A stretch of DNA of 64,000 nucleotides, from the NCBI GenBank assembly GCA_964482725.1, contig CAYZYT010000007.1:19875-83874 (forward strand), written 5' to 3'. How positions within the stretch are numbered: the stretch's first letter is position 1; every line of letters starts with the position of its first letter. The position numbers and the translations under genes are program-made. Below the pieces are notes generated by a model that saw only the letters and a list, made by a program, of their open reading frames with translations, was not told the origin of the DNA and made no database searches. Source of the DNA: an uncultured bacterium (lineage in GTDB: Bacteria > Omnitrophota > Omnitrophia > Omnitrophales > Aquincolibacteriaceae). Below, in pieces: positions 8,598 to 18,624 of the stretch.

Positions 8598-11500
8598 ATG
8601 AAATTGGATGGCGGGAAGCACCTGGTGGATGGGAAATATTCCATCAAAGACTTGGTAGATCTGGAAGAGTTAAGAGCTCTGTTCCAGAGTTTTACCGATG
8701 CCATGGGCTTTACCATCGGCTTTTTGAGCACTCCCGAGCTTGAGATCCTCATTGCCACAGGATGGCGAAAGATCTGCACCCAATATCACCGGAACTGTCC
8801 CCTCGCCGCAGAAAGATGCCGAATCAGTAACGCCAGGCTTGTCCGTCACTGCAAACGCCCCGGCCAGATCATTATTGAAGCTTGCGAGAATGGACTCGTG
8901 GATTGCGCGACTCCGATCATCATCAAAGGTAAAAAGGTCGCCATTCTCGCGACCGGCCAAGTACTTCTCAAGCCCCCCAATATCGAACATTTCAGAAAAC
9001 AGGCGAAACTCTATGGCTGCAACAAGGCCGCCTATCTCAGAGCCCTGAAAGACGTCCCCGTTATTTCCCCCAAAAAACTAAAGCAAGCCACGCGATTTCT
9101 TGGCCAATTGGCGCATACGATCATCCAGATGGGATATGCCAGCCTTGAGGAAAAGGAACGTAGCGAATTGTTGTCGCGCGAGATCCATCAACGCAAAAAT
9201 TTGGAAGAGGCATTACGAGTCAAGAACCGTGCCTTTGACATATCTCTGGCGGCCACGAGTATTGCCGACACGAGGGGCGTTATCACCGAGGCTAACGATG
9301 CGTTCCTTCGGGCTTGGGGCTGCCGGAGCCGTGGGGAGGTCATCGGCAAGCCCCTAGCGCATTTTTTAAATGATCCGAGAGAGGCTACAGCCATTTTCCG
9401 GGCTCTTAACAAACAGGGGCGATGGGAGGGAGACTTTATAGCGAAGAAGAGAGACAGATCAACATTTATTGCGCACACTCAGGCGACGGCCGTATTGAAT
9501 GAGAGCGGTAAATTGATCGGATATCAATCGGCGGTAGCAGACATCACCGAGCGCCAGAGGGCGGAGGAATCCCTTCAGGAAAGCGTTAAGGATTGGAGGG
9601 ACACATTCGATGCGGTCAATGATGCTGTGTGGCTTCTCAGCCTGGATGGAAGGATCCTTCGGGCCAACAAATCAACCCGTTCGGTGCTTGGGAAAAAGCC
9701 GGAAGAGATCCTTGGGCGCCGTTGCTGTGAAGTGGTCCATGGTTCCCGAATACCTCCCATCGAATGCCCCTTGCATCGTATGCGGAAAAGTCGTCAGCGT
9801 GAATCCTGGGAATTTCAGGATTCGAACCGTTGGTTCCGGGTCACAGTCGATCCTATCTGGGATTCTAAAGGAGTCCTGATCGGGGCTGTTCATATCGTTA
9901 GCGATATTACAGCCCGCAAAGAAGCGGGAGAAGCGCTTCTGGCGAGCGAAGATCAATACCGGAATATTTTTGAGAGCTCCCAGGATGCCTTGATGACGCT
10001 GGAGTCTCCTAGCTGGAAGTTTACCTCGGCCAATACGGCCATGCTGCGGATGTTCGGGGCAAAAAATGCCGCGGAGCTTTTTTCTCATGCTCCTTGGGTT
10101 CTTTCTCCCAAGCTGCAGCCGGATGGGCGCTCTTCTGCCAAGAAGGCCAAGAAAATGATCCAAATAGCGATCCGCCAAGGTTCTCACGCCTTCGAGTGGA
10201 CGCACCGACGGATTGATGGAACGGCGTTCCCCGCCGAAGTTCTCTTGACGAGAGTGGTTAAGGACAAGGACAAGGACAAGGACATAGTATCCCTCCAGGC
10301 AACGGTCAGAGATATCACGGCGCGCAAAAAGTCGGAGGAGGCTTTGCGGGAGAGTGAAGAAAAATTTCGTCTTATGTTCAACACATCGGCTGCCGGGATG
10401 GCGATGTGCAACATGGACGGTTCTCTTGTCGAAGTGAACCAGGCTTATTTAGATATTATTGGCTATACGCGCAAAGAAGCCCTGAGACTTAGCTATTGGG
10501 ATCTGACGCCGAAGAAGTATGCCAAGGATGAGGCCCGACAACTTCGCTCCATGGAATTGACTGGAAAATACGGTCCTTATACGAAGGAGTATATTCGAAA
10601 AACAGGCGAGCGGGTTGACGTGATGCTCACCGGGGCCGTTGTGACGGGGGCGGATGGGGTGAAGCGTATCTGGTCGCTTGTGGAGAATATCACCGAGCGC
10701 AAGCGGTCGGAGGAGCTGTTGAAACAGCGTGAGGCCTACTTGACAGCCATTGTGGATAACCAGTCCGGGATGGTCTGGCTGAAGGACAAGGAAAGCCGGT
10801 TTCTGGCCGTGAACCAGGTATTCGCCAAAATGGCCGGCAAGAAAAAGCCCGAGGATGTGGTGGGGAAGACCGATCTTGATTTCTGGCCTCCCGAAATGGC
10901 TAAGGGATATCGGGCCGATGACCGGAAAGTGATGCGAAGCCGAAAATCTGTCTCGGTGGAGGAACTCATCTCCGAGAAAGGCGTCGCTCGGTGGCATGAG
11001 ACTTTCAAGACCCCTGTTTTTGACTCGGACGGAAAAGTGATCGGGACGACCGGCTATGCCCGGGATATCACGGAGCGCAGGCGTGCAGAAGAGGCTCTTC
11101 AGGAGAGCGAAAAACGCTTTCGCGTTGTGGTAAATAATTCGCTCGATCTTGTTTACCGGCGGAACATCCAGACCGGCCGGTATGATTTTTTTAGCCCGGC
11201 GGTCAAGAAGACGCTCGGTTTTTCATCAGAAGAATTGATCGGCAAAAAACTGAGCTTTGCCACAAGTCGGATTCATCCCGAGGATCTCAAGGTGATAATG
11301 CCTGTGCTGAAAAGAGCCCAGGCCGGCCTTCAGAGGAGCGGTATCGTCGATTATCGATGCAGACACAAAGATGGAACTTATCGATGGCTTTCTGATCGTT
11401 TTACGATCGTTGATGACGCGAACGGACGGCCCTTTTATTGGGTAGGGGTTTCTCGAGATGTTACCGCTGCCAAGGTGTCGGCCGAGGCGCTGAGGAAAAG

Positions 11501-13295
11501 TGAAACCGAGAAAAAACTAGTTTTAGACAATATCCCGGACCTGGTTGTTTATCAGGATACAAAAAACAAAATCATCTGGGCGAATTCCTGCACCGCGAAG
11601 GCCTTCGGTAAAACTGTTGGGGAACTGAAGGGAGCCACTTGTTATAAGGCGTTTTATAACCTGGATCGGCCATGCGCCGGATGTCCTGTCAACAAGTGTA
11701 AAAAAACGGGTCTTTTGGAGCAAATGGAAATGGTTTCTTCCGATGGCAGATGTTGGATGATCTCCGGCAGTCCTGTTAAAGATGCGTCCGGTACGGTGGT
11801 CGGTATTGTAGAAGTAGCCGTCAATATTACCGATCGCAAAAAAGCGGAAGAAAGATTGCTCTTCGTAAATAAAGCGATCGAATCTGTCAATGTTGCGATC
11901 GGGATCTCGGACGCTCAGGGGCATCATTTTTATCAAAACAAGGCTCTGTCCGATCTATTCGGATACGCAACAGCCCAAGAACTGGATGCGGCAGGGGGGG
12001 GATCGAAGGTTGTTAAGGATCCCAACGTGGCCAAAGAAATGTTCAGCACTGTTCATAAAGGAAGATCCTGGGCAGGTGAGTTGGAGATGGTAACGAAAAA
12101 TGGGCGTGTATTTCCTGCCTATGAACGTGCGGACGCCGTAAGAGACAGCAAGGGAAATATCATGGGACTCATTGGAGTCATAACCGATATTACCGAGCGA
12201 AAACGGGCTTTGGATTCTCTCCGGGAGCACAGGCACCAATTGCTGCAGGTCATTGATACTGTGCCGCACATGATCTTTGCGAAAGATCAAAAAGGCCGGT
12301 TCCTTCTTGCCAATCGCGCAGTTGCAGAAGCCTATGGAAAGGAACCGAAAGATCTTATCGGTGTTCGGCATCAGGATGTTCACAAAGATCGTCAGGAGAT
12401 GAAGGAATTCTTTAAAGGTGACCGGGAGGTTCTGTCGTCCCTTAAACCCCAACTCGTTGCGAATGAGCCCTTCACGGACAGCCGGGGCAATAGGCATATT
12501 CTTCAGACGATCAAGATCCCTTTTAAAATGATCGGAATCAAAGACCCTTGTATCCTGGGAGTGTCGGTCGATGTGACGGAACAAAAGAAGGTCGAAGAAT
12601 TCCGTAACGATATTGTAAGGACGGTGTCCCATGAGCTTCGCACACCTCTTTCGATCGAGAAGGAAGGGATCAGTCTTCTCGTGGATGAGATGGTGGGCCC
12701 AGTGAATGCGGAGCAAAAGGAGATTCTTGAAACGGTGATGCGGAGTATCGATCGCCTGGCGCGCATGATCACAAGTCTTTTGGATATCTCAAGTATCGAG
12801 ACCCGGAAGATCCATCTTTTGCAAAAGGTGACGAATCTGGTGGATCTCGTGAATGATGTGGCGTTCGAGTTTAAAAAGCGCGCGGAGGACAAAGGCATTG
12901 AACTCGGCGTAAAAGTGCCAAGGCGTTTGGTGCGGGTTTTTGTGGATGGGGACAAGCTCCTGCAGGTTTTGAGCAATTTGGTGGATAATGCCATCAAATT
13001 CACTCCGAAGGGCGGGACGGTGGGGATTGCCCTCAATGTAATGAAGAATTCCGTGGAATGCGAGGTTCGGGATACCGGGATCGGGATTGCTCCCGAGAAT
13101 ATGGGAAAACTGTTTGAAAAATTCCAGCAATTTTCAAGGAAAGCCGGGCCCGGGGAAAAAGGGTTCGGTCTTGGGCTTTCAATCGCCAAGGGGATCATTG
13201 AATTGCACGGAGGCCAGATCTGGATCAAAAGTGAACTCGGCAAGGGAACTCAGGCGACCTTCTCACTGCCGCTCCATCAGACGGAAGGGGATTGA
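8598..13295 (+). CDS. sensor histidine kinase with N-terminal PocR-like sensory domain and ~9 PAS/PAC domains
   Basis: N-terminal PocR-like region; repeated PAS signatures (ITERKRAEE.../DITERKR... boundaries); HisKA H-box VSHELRTPL; HATPase_c G-boxes RDTGIGIAPENMGKLFEKF and GFGLGLSIAKGIIELHGG; ATG 8598 with ggggtga RBS. Confidence 0.85.
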   Translation: MKLDGGKHLVDGKYSIKDLVDLEELRALFQSFTDAMGFTIGFLSTPELEILIATGWRKICTQYHRNCPLAAERCRISNARLVRHCKRPGQIIIEACENGLVDCATPIIIKGKKVAILATGQVLLKPPNIEHFRKQAKLYGCNKAAYLRALKDVPVISPKKLKQATRFLGQLAHTIIQMGYASLEEKERSELLSREIHQRKNLEEALRVKNRAFDISLAATSIADTRGVITEANDAFLRAWGCRSRGEVIGKPLAHFLNDPREATAIFRALNKQGRWEGDFIAKKRDRSTFIAHTQATAVLNESGKLIGYQSAVADITERQRAEESLQESVKDWRDTFDAVNDAVWLLSLDGRILRANKSTRSVLGKKPEEILGRRCCEVVHGSRIPPIECPLHRMRKSRQRESWEFQDSNRWFRVTVDPIWDSKGVLIGAVHIVSDITARKEAGEALLASEDQYRNIFESSQDALMTLESPSWKFTSANTAMLRMFGAKNAAELFSHAPWVLSPKLQPDGRSSAKKAKKMIQIAIRQGSHAFEWTHRRIDGTAFPAEVLLTRVVKDKDKDKDIVSLQATVRDITARKKSEEALRESEEKFRLMFNTSAAGMAMCNMDGSLVEVNQAYLDIIGYTRKEALRLSYWDLTPKKYAKDEARQLRSMELTGKYGPYTKEYIRKTGERVDVMLTGAVVTGADGVKRIWSLVENITERKRSEELLKQREAYLTAIVDNQSGMVWLKDKESRFLAVNQVFAKMAGKKKPEDVVGKTDLDFWPPEMAKGYRADDRKVMRSRKSVSVEELISEKGVARWHETFKTPVFDSDGKVIGTTGYARDITERRRAEEALQESEKRFRVVVNNSLDLVYRRNIQTGRYDFFSPAVKKTLGFSSEELIGKKLSFATSRIHPEDLKVIMPVLKRAQAGLQRSGIVDYRCRHKDGTYRWLSDRFTIVDDANGRPFYWVGVSRDVTAAKVSAEALRKSETEKKLVLDNIPDLVVYQDTKNKIIWANSCTAKAFGKTVGELKGATCYKAFYNLDRPCAGCPVNKCKKTGLLEQMEMVSSDGRCWMISGSPVKDASGTVVGIVEVAVNITDRKKAEERLLFVNKAIESVNVAIGISDAQGHHFYQNKALSDLFGYATAQELDAAGGGSKVVKDPNVAKEMFSTVHKGRSWAGELEMVTKNGRVFPAYERADAVRDSKGNIMGLIGVITDITERKRALDSLREHRHQLLQVIDTVPHMIFAKDQKGRFLLANRAVAEAYGKEPKDLIGVRHQDVHKDRQEMKEFFKGDREVLSSLKPQLVANEPFTDSRGNRHILQTIKIPFKMIGIKDPCILGVSVDVTEQKKVEEFRNDIVRTVSHELRTPLSIEKEGISLLVDEMVGPVNAEQKEILETVMRSIDRLARMITSLLDISSIETRKIHLLQKVTNLVDLVNDVAFEFKKRAEDKGIELGVKVPRRLVRVFVDGDKLLQVLSNLVDNAIKFTPKGGTVGIALNVMKNSVECEVRDTGIGIAPENMGKLFEKFQQFSRKAGPGEKGFGLGLSIAKGIIELHGGQIWIKSELGKGTQATFSLPLHQTEGD

Positions 13296-13299
13296 AATT

Positions 13300-13680
13300 A
13301 TGAGCGAGCCGAAGAAGAAAAAGATCCTTTTCATTGAAGATGAGCCGGATCAGATCGTAATGATCTCTCTCAGGCTTGAAAAGAACGGCTATGAAGTGAT
13401 CTCTTCCCTCGACGGCGAGGAAGGTGTGGAGATGGCCAAAAAGGAAATGCCAGATCTTATCCTGGCGGATGTGATCATGCCCGGGATCGACGGTTTTGAG
13501 GTCTGCCGCCGGCTTCGCAAGGATCCCGCGACAAAACATATTCCCATTATTTCCACGACTGCCGCGGGTGCGGACGATGTGGAGCATCAGTGCCTTACGG
13601 CCGGGGCCAATGACTGTGTTCGTAAGCCTTACGATTCTTCGGATCTTCTTATGAAGATCAAGCGCCTGATCAAAAAATAA
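13300..13680 (+). CDS. single-domain response regulator (CheY-like receiver)
   Basis: KILFIEDEPDQ...LILADVIMPGIDGFEVCRRLRKD...KPYD: receiver-domain Asp pocket, phospho-acceptor Asp and Lys; ATG 5 nt after kinase stop. Confidence 0.85.
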   Translation: MSEPKKKKILFIEDEPDQIVMISLRLEKNGYEVISSLDGEEGVEMAKKEMPDLILADVIMPGIDGFEVCRRLRKDPATKHIPIISTTAAGADDVEHQCLTAGANDCVRKPYDSSDLLMKIKRLIKK

Positions 13681-13838
13681 TCTGTGGATCCAGGGGGCCT
13701 GTCGCCCGATTTTCAAGAAGGGGGCTCGTAAGGCGCTGCAACTTCGATAGGCGCTGTCAAGTTGCGGGATAGTTCGCGGGCTAGGACGATGCGGTTTTGA
13801 AGTTACGGTGTCTCATTCTCGGAGGAAGATGTACCGGT

Positions 13839-14555
13839 ATGAAGTCCTTGAATAGCAAGCTACTCATTAATGCGCTGGCCAGGATCAGTGACGCCGTCAC
13901 GTCGGACCTTTATGTGGACGAGATCCTGAAGCTGATCGTCACTGTGACCGCGGAGGTCATGAGCTCCAAAATCTGCTCCCTGATGCTTCTGGATAAAAAA
14001 ACTCAGGAGCTTGCGGTCAAGGCCACCCAGTCTGTCAGTGAGTTCTACAACACCAAGCCCAATGCCAGGATCGGGGAGGGCATCGCCGGCCGGGTGGCTC
14101 AATCCGGAAAATCCATCACCGTGTTGGATGTGAGAAAAGATGCGCGCTATCTGAATCAGGCGATCGCGAAAAAAGAGCACCTTTGTTCGCTTCTGAGCGT
14201 GCCGCTTATTTTTAAAGGGAATGTGATCGGGGTTCTGAATTGCTACACCGTGAAGCCGCACCGGTTTGGCCAGGGGGAAATACGCATTATCCGGTCGATC
14301 GCGAGCCTGGCTGCGATCGTCATCGAAAATTTCCGGCTGGTGGTCGAGTCTCAGGCGATCCAGGAAGAACTGGAATCCCGAAAGGCGATCGAGCGCGCCA
14401 AGGGCATTCTGATGAAGCGGGAGGGCTTGAGCGAGCAGGGGGCTTACAAGCTCATCCGGAAGTACAGCATGGATAAGCGCAAGAGCATGAAGGAAGTGGC
14501 GGAGGCGATCCTCTTAAGCGAGGAAATGCAAAAGATCGCGTCCAGCAAGGAATAA
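13839..14555 (+). CDS. GAF domain + ANTAR domain RNA-binding antitermination regulator
   Basis: GAF-like N-terminus; C-terminal ANTAR signature ELESRKAIERAKGILMKREGLSEQGAYKLIRKYSMDKRKSMKEVAEAIL; ATG 13839 after ggaggaag RBS. Confidence 0.8.
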   Translation: MKSLNSKLLINALARISDAVTSDLYVDEILKLIVTVTAEVMSSKICSLMLLDKKTQELAVKATQSVSEFYNTKPNARIGEGIAGRVAQSGKSITVLDVRKDARYLNQAIAKKEHLCSLLSVPLIFKGNVIGVLNCYTVKPHRFGQGEIRIIRSIASLAAIVIENFRLVVESQAIQEELESRKAIERAKGILMKREGLSEQGAYKLIRKYSMDKRKSMKEVAEAILLSEEMQKIASSKE

Positions 14556-14683
14556 GAGCCTCAAAGAAGCTGGCCTTCTGATCCCGCCGAGGCGGGAGAA
14601 GAATCTAAAGTAAGATCCTTCCCCCGCCCTTTAAAGCAGGGCGTGCTCAGGATGACGGGGCTTTTAGGTTTCTAAGATCGGGA

Positions 14684-14711
14684 TTGGCAATCAGAGCTTC
14701 TGTGCTATAAT
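14684..14711 (+). promoter_or_regulatory. candidate sigma70-type promoter of the gdhA leader
   Basis: TTGGCA (14684-14689) - 16 nt - TATAAT (14706-14711). Confidence 0.4.
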
Positions 14712-14812
14712 TCCGTCGCCGAGTACCGAGTGCGTGCGCGGCGGAAAGAAAGAAAGCCGGCGTTCGAAGAAGAATCCGGTTTCCTTTTGATCCGGCAGTC
14801 CGGGATAATGAC

Positions 14813-14854
14813 GTCCTTTTTGGCAGGTGTTTCTGCTGAAAAGGACTTTTTTTT
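14813..14854 (+). terminator. intrinsic terminator inside gdhA 5' leader (candidate attenuator)
   Basis: gtccttttggcagg-tgtttc-tgctgaaaaggac followed by T8; 75 nt upstream of gdhA ATG and ~100 nt downstream of the candidate promoter. Confidence 0.55.
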
Positions 14855-14928
14855 GTCACAAGCGTTCTGTTGTCGCGCACGGGGCGGCGGCATCTTGATC
14901 GTTCAAACGTCAAAAAAGGGGTAAACCA

Positions 14929-16293
14929 ATGGCGAAAAAAGTTGAAAATCTGGCAGAGAAAGAGATCAACGCGTTCATGAAAAAAGTGAGTGCGAGAAAT
15001 TCCGGCGAGAAGGAATTCCTTCAAGCGGTCCGGGAAGTGGTGGAGTCCGTAACGCCTTTTATCGAAAAGAATCCCAAGTATAAGAACGCGAAGATCCTGG
15101 ACAGAATGGTCGAGCCGGAGCGTGTGATCATGTTCCGCGTTCCCTGGATCGATGACAAGGGAGAAGTCCAGGTCAATCGCGGGTTCCGTATCGAGATGAA
15201 TAGCGCCATTGGTCCTTATAAGGGCGGTCTTCGTCTTCACCCGAGCGTGAACCTCGGTATTTTGAAGTTCCTCGCATTCGAGCAAGTGTTCAAGAACAGC
15301 CTCACGACGCTTCCCATGGGCGGCGGCAAGGGCGGTTCGGATTTTGACCCCAAAGGGAAATCCGATAACGAAGTCATGAAGTTCTGTCAGAGTTTCATGC
15401 TGGAGCTTTCCCGTCATATCGGACCGGATACGGACGTTCCGGCCGGCGATATCGGCGTGGGCGGCCGCGAGATCGGTTTTATGTTCGGCCAGTACAAAAG
15501 GATCCGCAATGAGTTTACCGGTGTGCTGACGGGCAAGGCCCTGAACTGGGGCGGCAGTTTGATCCGTCCCGAAGCCACGGGGTATGGCTGCGTGTATTTC
15601 GTCCAGGAGATGCTGAAGACCCGGAAGATGACGTTTGCCGGGAAAGTCTGTACGGTGTCCGGTTCTGGGAACGTTGCACAATATACCGTCGAGAAGCTCA
15701 ATGAGCTCGGCGCGAAAGTCGTGACCCTCTCGGATTCCGAAGGGACCATCCACGATCCGAAGGGGATCGATGCGAAGAAATTGAAGTTCGTGATGGAGCT
15801 TAAGAACGTGAGACGCGGACGCATCAAGGAATACGCTGAGGAATTTGGCTGCGAATATCTCCCGGGCCAAAAACCCTGGAAGGTGAAATGTGACGCCGCG
15901 TTCCCGAGCGCCACGCAAAACGAGATCAACGAAGCGGACGCGAAGGCTCTTGTGAAGGGCGGTTGTATCGCGATCGGGGAAGGCGCGAACATGCCGAGCA
16001 CGCCGGAAGCCATCGCGGTGTTCCAGAAAGCCAAGATTCTCTACGCCCCCGGAAAAGCGGCGAATGCCGGCGGGGTGGCGACATCGGGCCTTGAAATGAG
16101 CCAGAACAGCATGCGGTTGCGCTGGTCCCGTAAAGAGGTCGATGAGAAACTTCACAACATCATGATCTCGATCCACGAGAGCTGCGTGAAATACGGCCAG
16201 GAAGACGGAGGGTATATCAACTACGTCAACGGCGCCAACATCGCAGGGTTCGTGAAGGTCGCCGATGCGATGATCGATCAGGGGGTTGTCTAG
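14929..16293 (+). CDS. gdhA: NADP-specific glutamate dehydrogenase
   Basis: GDH signatures KGGLRLHP, LPMGGGKGGSDFDPKGKS, full-length 454 aa. Confidence 0.9.
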   Translation: MAKKVENLAEKEINAFMKKVSARNSGEKEFLQAVREVVESVTPFIEKNPKYKNAKILDRMVEPERVIMFRVPWIDDKGEVQVNRGFRIEMNSAIGPYKGGLRLHPSVNLGILKFLAFEQVFKNSLTTLPMGGGKGGSDFDPKGKSDNEVMKFCQSFMLELSRHIGPDTDVPAGDIGVGGREIGFMFGQYKRIRNEFTGVLTGKALNWGGSLIRPEATGYGCVYFVQEMLKTRKMTFAGKVCTVSGSGNVAQYTVEKLNELGAKVVTLSDSEGTIHDPKGIDAKKLKFVMELKNVRRGRIKEYAEEFGCEYLPGQKPWKVKCDAAFPSATQNEINEADAKALVKGGCIAIGEGANMPSTPEAIAVFQKAKILYAPGKAANAGGVATSGLEMSQNSMRLRWSRKEVDEKLHNIMISIHESCVKYGQEDGGYINYVNGANIAGFVKVADAMIDQGVV

Positions 16294-16316
16294 GCCTGAG
16301 GCGAAGTTCAAAAAAA

Positions 16317-16348
16317 CGGGGCCCCTTCCGGGGGCCCTGTTTTTTTTG
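16317..16348 (+). terminator. rho-independent terminator after gdhA (A-run/T-run, possibly bidirectional)
   Basis: aaaaaaa-cggggcccc-ttcc-gggggccctg-tttttttt. Confidence 0.7.
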
Positions 16349-16487
16349 TTGGACAAATGATACGACAATGGTATCATTAAGGCATGAACCCCGTTAGATC
16401 TCTGAATCAAGCGGTAGGAGAGATCTTCCGGGAGAAGGTGGCCAGCGATGTTGTTTTGCTTTTTGAATCCATAGGAGATCTAACGGG

Positions 16488-16946
16488 GTGAAGCTCATCA
16501 CGCGAAACACAGATTATGGGATGCGGGCCCTTTGCTATATTGCGAAGCAGGGTCGTGAATCCGTCTCGGCCACTGAAATGGTGGCGGTGCTTAAGATCCC
16601 GAGGCCATTTTTGAGGAAGATCCTCCAGACCTTGAGCTCTGAAGGCCTGCTGCGGTCCGTCAAAGGGCAGGGGGGCGGTTTTTCCCTGGCTCTCCCCGCG
16701 GAAAAGGTCCTGCTTACGGACCTGATCAAAATCTTTCAGAATACGATCCAGCTGAACGAGTGCGTGTTCAAGAAAAAATTATGTCCGAACCGGAGCACGT
16801 GCGTGCTGAAAAAAGAGATCGACTCGATCGAGCAGGATGTGCTTAAACGTCTGCACGGGATCTCGATCGCTTCATTAATTGCCAGGAATACGGAACGTCC
16901 GGAGAAGAAAGGGGGATCTTATGGCCATGGTTCATCCGGCCGCTGA
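16488..16946 (+). CDS. Rrf2 family transcriptional regulator (3-Cys, Fe-S type; NsrR/IscR-like)
   Basis: N-terminal wHTH typical of Rrf2 (MKLITRNTDYGMRALCYIA); C-x5-C-x5-C cluster ECVFKKKLCPNRSTC; GTG start after aacgggg; 3' end overlaps next gene by 26 nt. Confidence 0.75.
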   Translation: MKLITRNTDYGMRALCYIAKQGRESVSATEMVAVLKIPRPFLRKILQTLSSEGLLRSVKGQGGGFSLALPAEKVLLTDLIKIFQNTIQLNECVFKKKLCPNRSTCVLKKEIDSIEQDVLKRLHGISIASLIARNTERPEKKGGSYGHGSSGR

Positions 16947-18621
16947 AACGCGGTTTAAGGGACTTCCGATCAGCCCGGGGGTCGCAGTAGCTCGCGTGTG
17001 TCTTTTTAATGAAAGCCGCCATGTAAGTCTTCCGGTCGCGGATGTGACGGACAAAGAGGTCCGGAGCGAGGGAGACCGGTTTCGGAAGGCGATCACAGTG
17101 GTGCGGGAAAAACTGTCGATCCTCATCAAAGAAGTGGATGCACGCGTCGGGAAGGCTGAAGCGGGGATCTTTACGGCCCAAAAAATGCTTCTCGAGGACC
17201 CGACCTTGATCGAAAGGATCACCGATCACATCCGGAGCAAAAATTTTAATGCCGAAAAAGCCGTGATCAGTTCGCTGGACTATTTCGAGGAACAGCTTGC
17301 GAAGGTGGACAACGAATATCTCAAGGAGCGCGCCTCGGACGTCGGAGAGGTCAAACGGCGGCTCCTGGATGCTTTGGCGAATCTGAACCCGTCTTTCCAG
17401 TGTCAAAATGATGCGTTCTGCGTCAGGGGAAAGAACCGGATCGTGATCGCCCAGGAGTTGACGCCCAGCCTTACGATGGAGCTCAACACGGACTCCATCC
17501 GGGGATTCGTGACCGACCGGGGAGGCGTGGCGTCGCACGCCGCTATTTTGGCCCGTTCGCTCAGGATCCCGGCCGTGAGCGGTATTCCGGGGATTCACGA
17601 CATGATCTTTTGCGGGACCGAAGTGCTTGTGAACGGGGACACCGGAGAGGTTGTGATCTGGCCGAGCAAGAAAACGCTTTCGCAGTATCCGGATCTTCGG
17701 CTAGCGGCGGCCGAAGAGATCCCGGCGGTTGCGCCTGTGGCGGGGCTCAAAGTGTTCGCCAATCTGAGCCTTGCCAAAGATGTGAAGGAGGCTGTGGTGC
17801 ATGAGGCGGAAGGGATCGGGCTTTACCGCACCGAGTTCGAATTCTTTTCGGCGGGGAAGATCCTCAGTGAAATGGAACAATACAGTCTTTATCTAGAAGT
17901 TCTGAAGGCTATGAAAGAAAAATCGGTCTATTTCAGGATGCTGGATTTGGGAGGCGACAAGACCGCTGATTTTCTCAAACTTGAAAAGGAGCAAAATCCC
18001 GCGCTGGGTTTGCGCGGGAGTCGCCTCCTTCTGGGGCACCCGGAGCTTTTTAGAAGCCAGGCCAGGGCGTTGGCCCGGGCTTCAGTGCACGATCGCGTTT
18101 ATGTGATGTATCCCATGGTGATCGATATTGTGCAATTTCGGAAACTGAAAAAAGCCTTCGAGGAAGCGACCGAGGATGTCCCGCAGGGCGAGATCAAACA
18201 TGGATTGATGTTTGAAGTTCCTTCGGCCTGCCTGGATGCGGAGGAGATCCTTCGGGAGGCGGATTTCGGGAGCATCGGGACGAACGATCTGATCCAGTAT
18301 CTTTTTGCCGTGGACCGGGACAACGAATTTGTCGCGTATGACCACCATCCGGACCGGAAGGCGTTTTGGCATCTGATCCATCACGTCGCGGCCGCGGCGA
18401 AGAAGCACCGGAAGCCCTTGTCGGTGTGCGGGGATCTGGCCAGCCACCCGGAATATGCCCGTCATCTGATGAAAGAGGGGATCCGCGCCGTGAGCGTGGC
18501 CCCGCGGGCCATCACGGGTCTCAGGATCGCGATCAAGAATAAACCAAAACTTTCAAAGAAAAATCAACGGGGAAGTCTTCTTAAAAATACTTTCCCGATT
18601 ACAAAAAAAACGAGGAGATGA
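16921..18621 (+). CDS. ptsI: phosphoenolpyruvate-protein phosphotransferase (PTS Enzyme I-like, PEP-utilising enzyme)
   Basis: Phospho-His region GGVASHAAILARSLRIPAVSG, PEP-binding motif FGSIGTNDLIQYLFAVDRDN; no HPr/EII genes nearby. Confidence 0.8.
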   Translation: MAMVHPAAETRFKGLPISPGVAVARVCLFNESRHVSLPVADVTDKEVRSEGDRFRKAITVVREKLSILIKEVDARVGKAEAGIFTAQKMLLEDPTLIERITDHIRSKNFNAEKAVISSLDYFEEQLAKVDNEYLKERASDVGEVKRRLLDALANLNPSFQCQNDAFCVRGKNRIVIAQELTPSLTMELNTDSIRGFVTDRGGVASHAAILARSLRIPAVSGIPGIHDMIFCGTEVLVNGDTGEVVIWPSKKTLSQYPDLRLAAAEEIPAVAPVAGLKVFANLSLAKDVKEAVVHEAEGIGLYRTEFEFFSAGKILSEMEQYSLYLEVLKAMKEKSVYFRMLDLGGDKTADFLKLEKEQNPALGLRGSRLLLGHPELFRSQARALARASVHDRVYVMYPMVIDIVQFRKLKKAFEEATEDVPQGEIKHGLMFEVPSACLDAEEILREADFGSIGTNDLIQYLFAVDRDNEFVAYDHHPDRKAFWHLIHHVAAAAKKHRKPLSVCGDLASHPEYARHLMKEGIRAVSVAPRAITGLRIAIKNKPKLSKKNQRGSLLKNTFPITKKTRR

Positions 18622-18624
18622 TCT

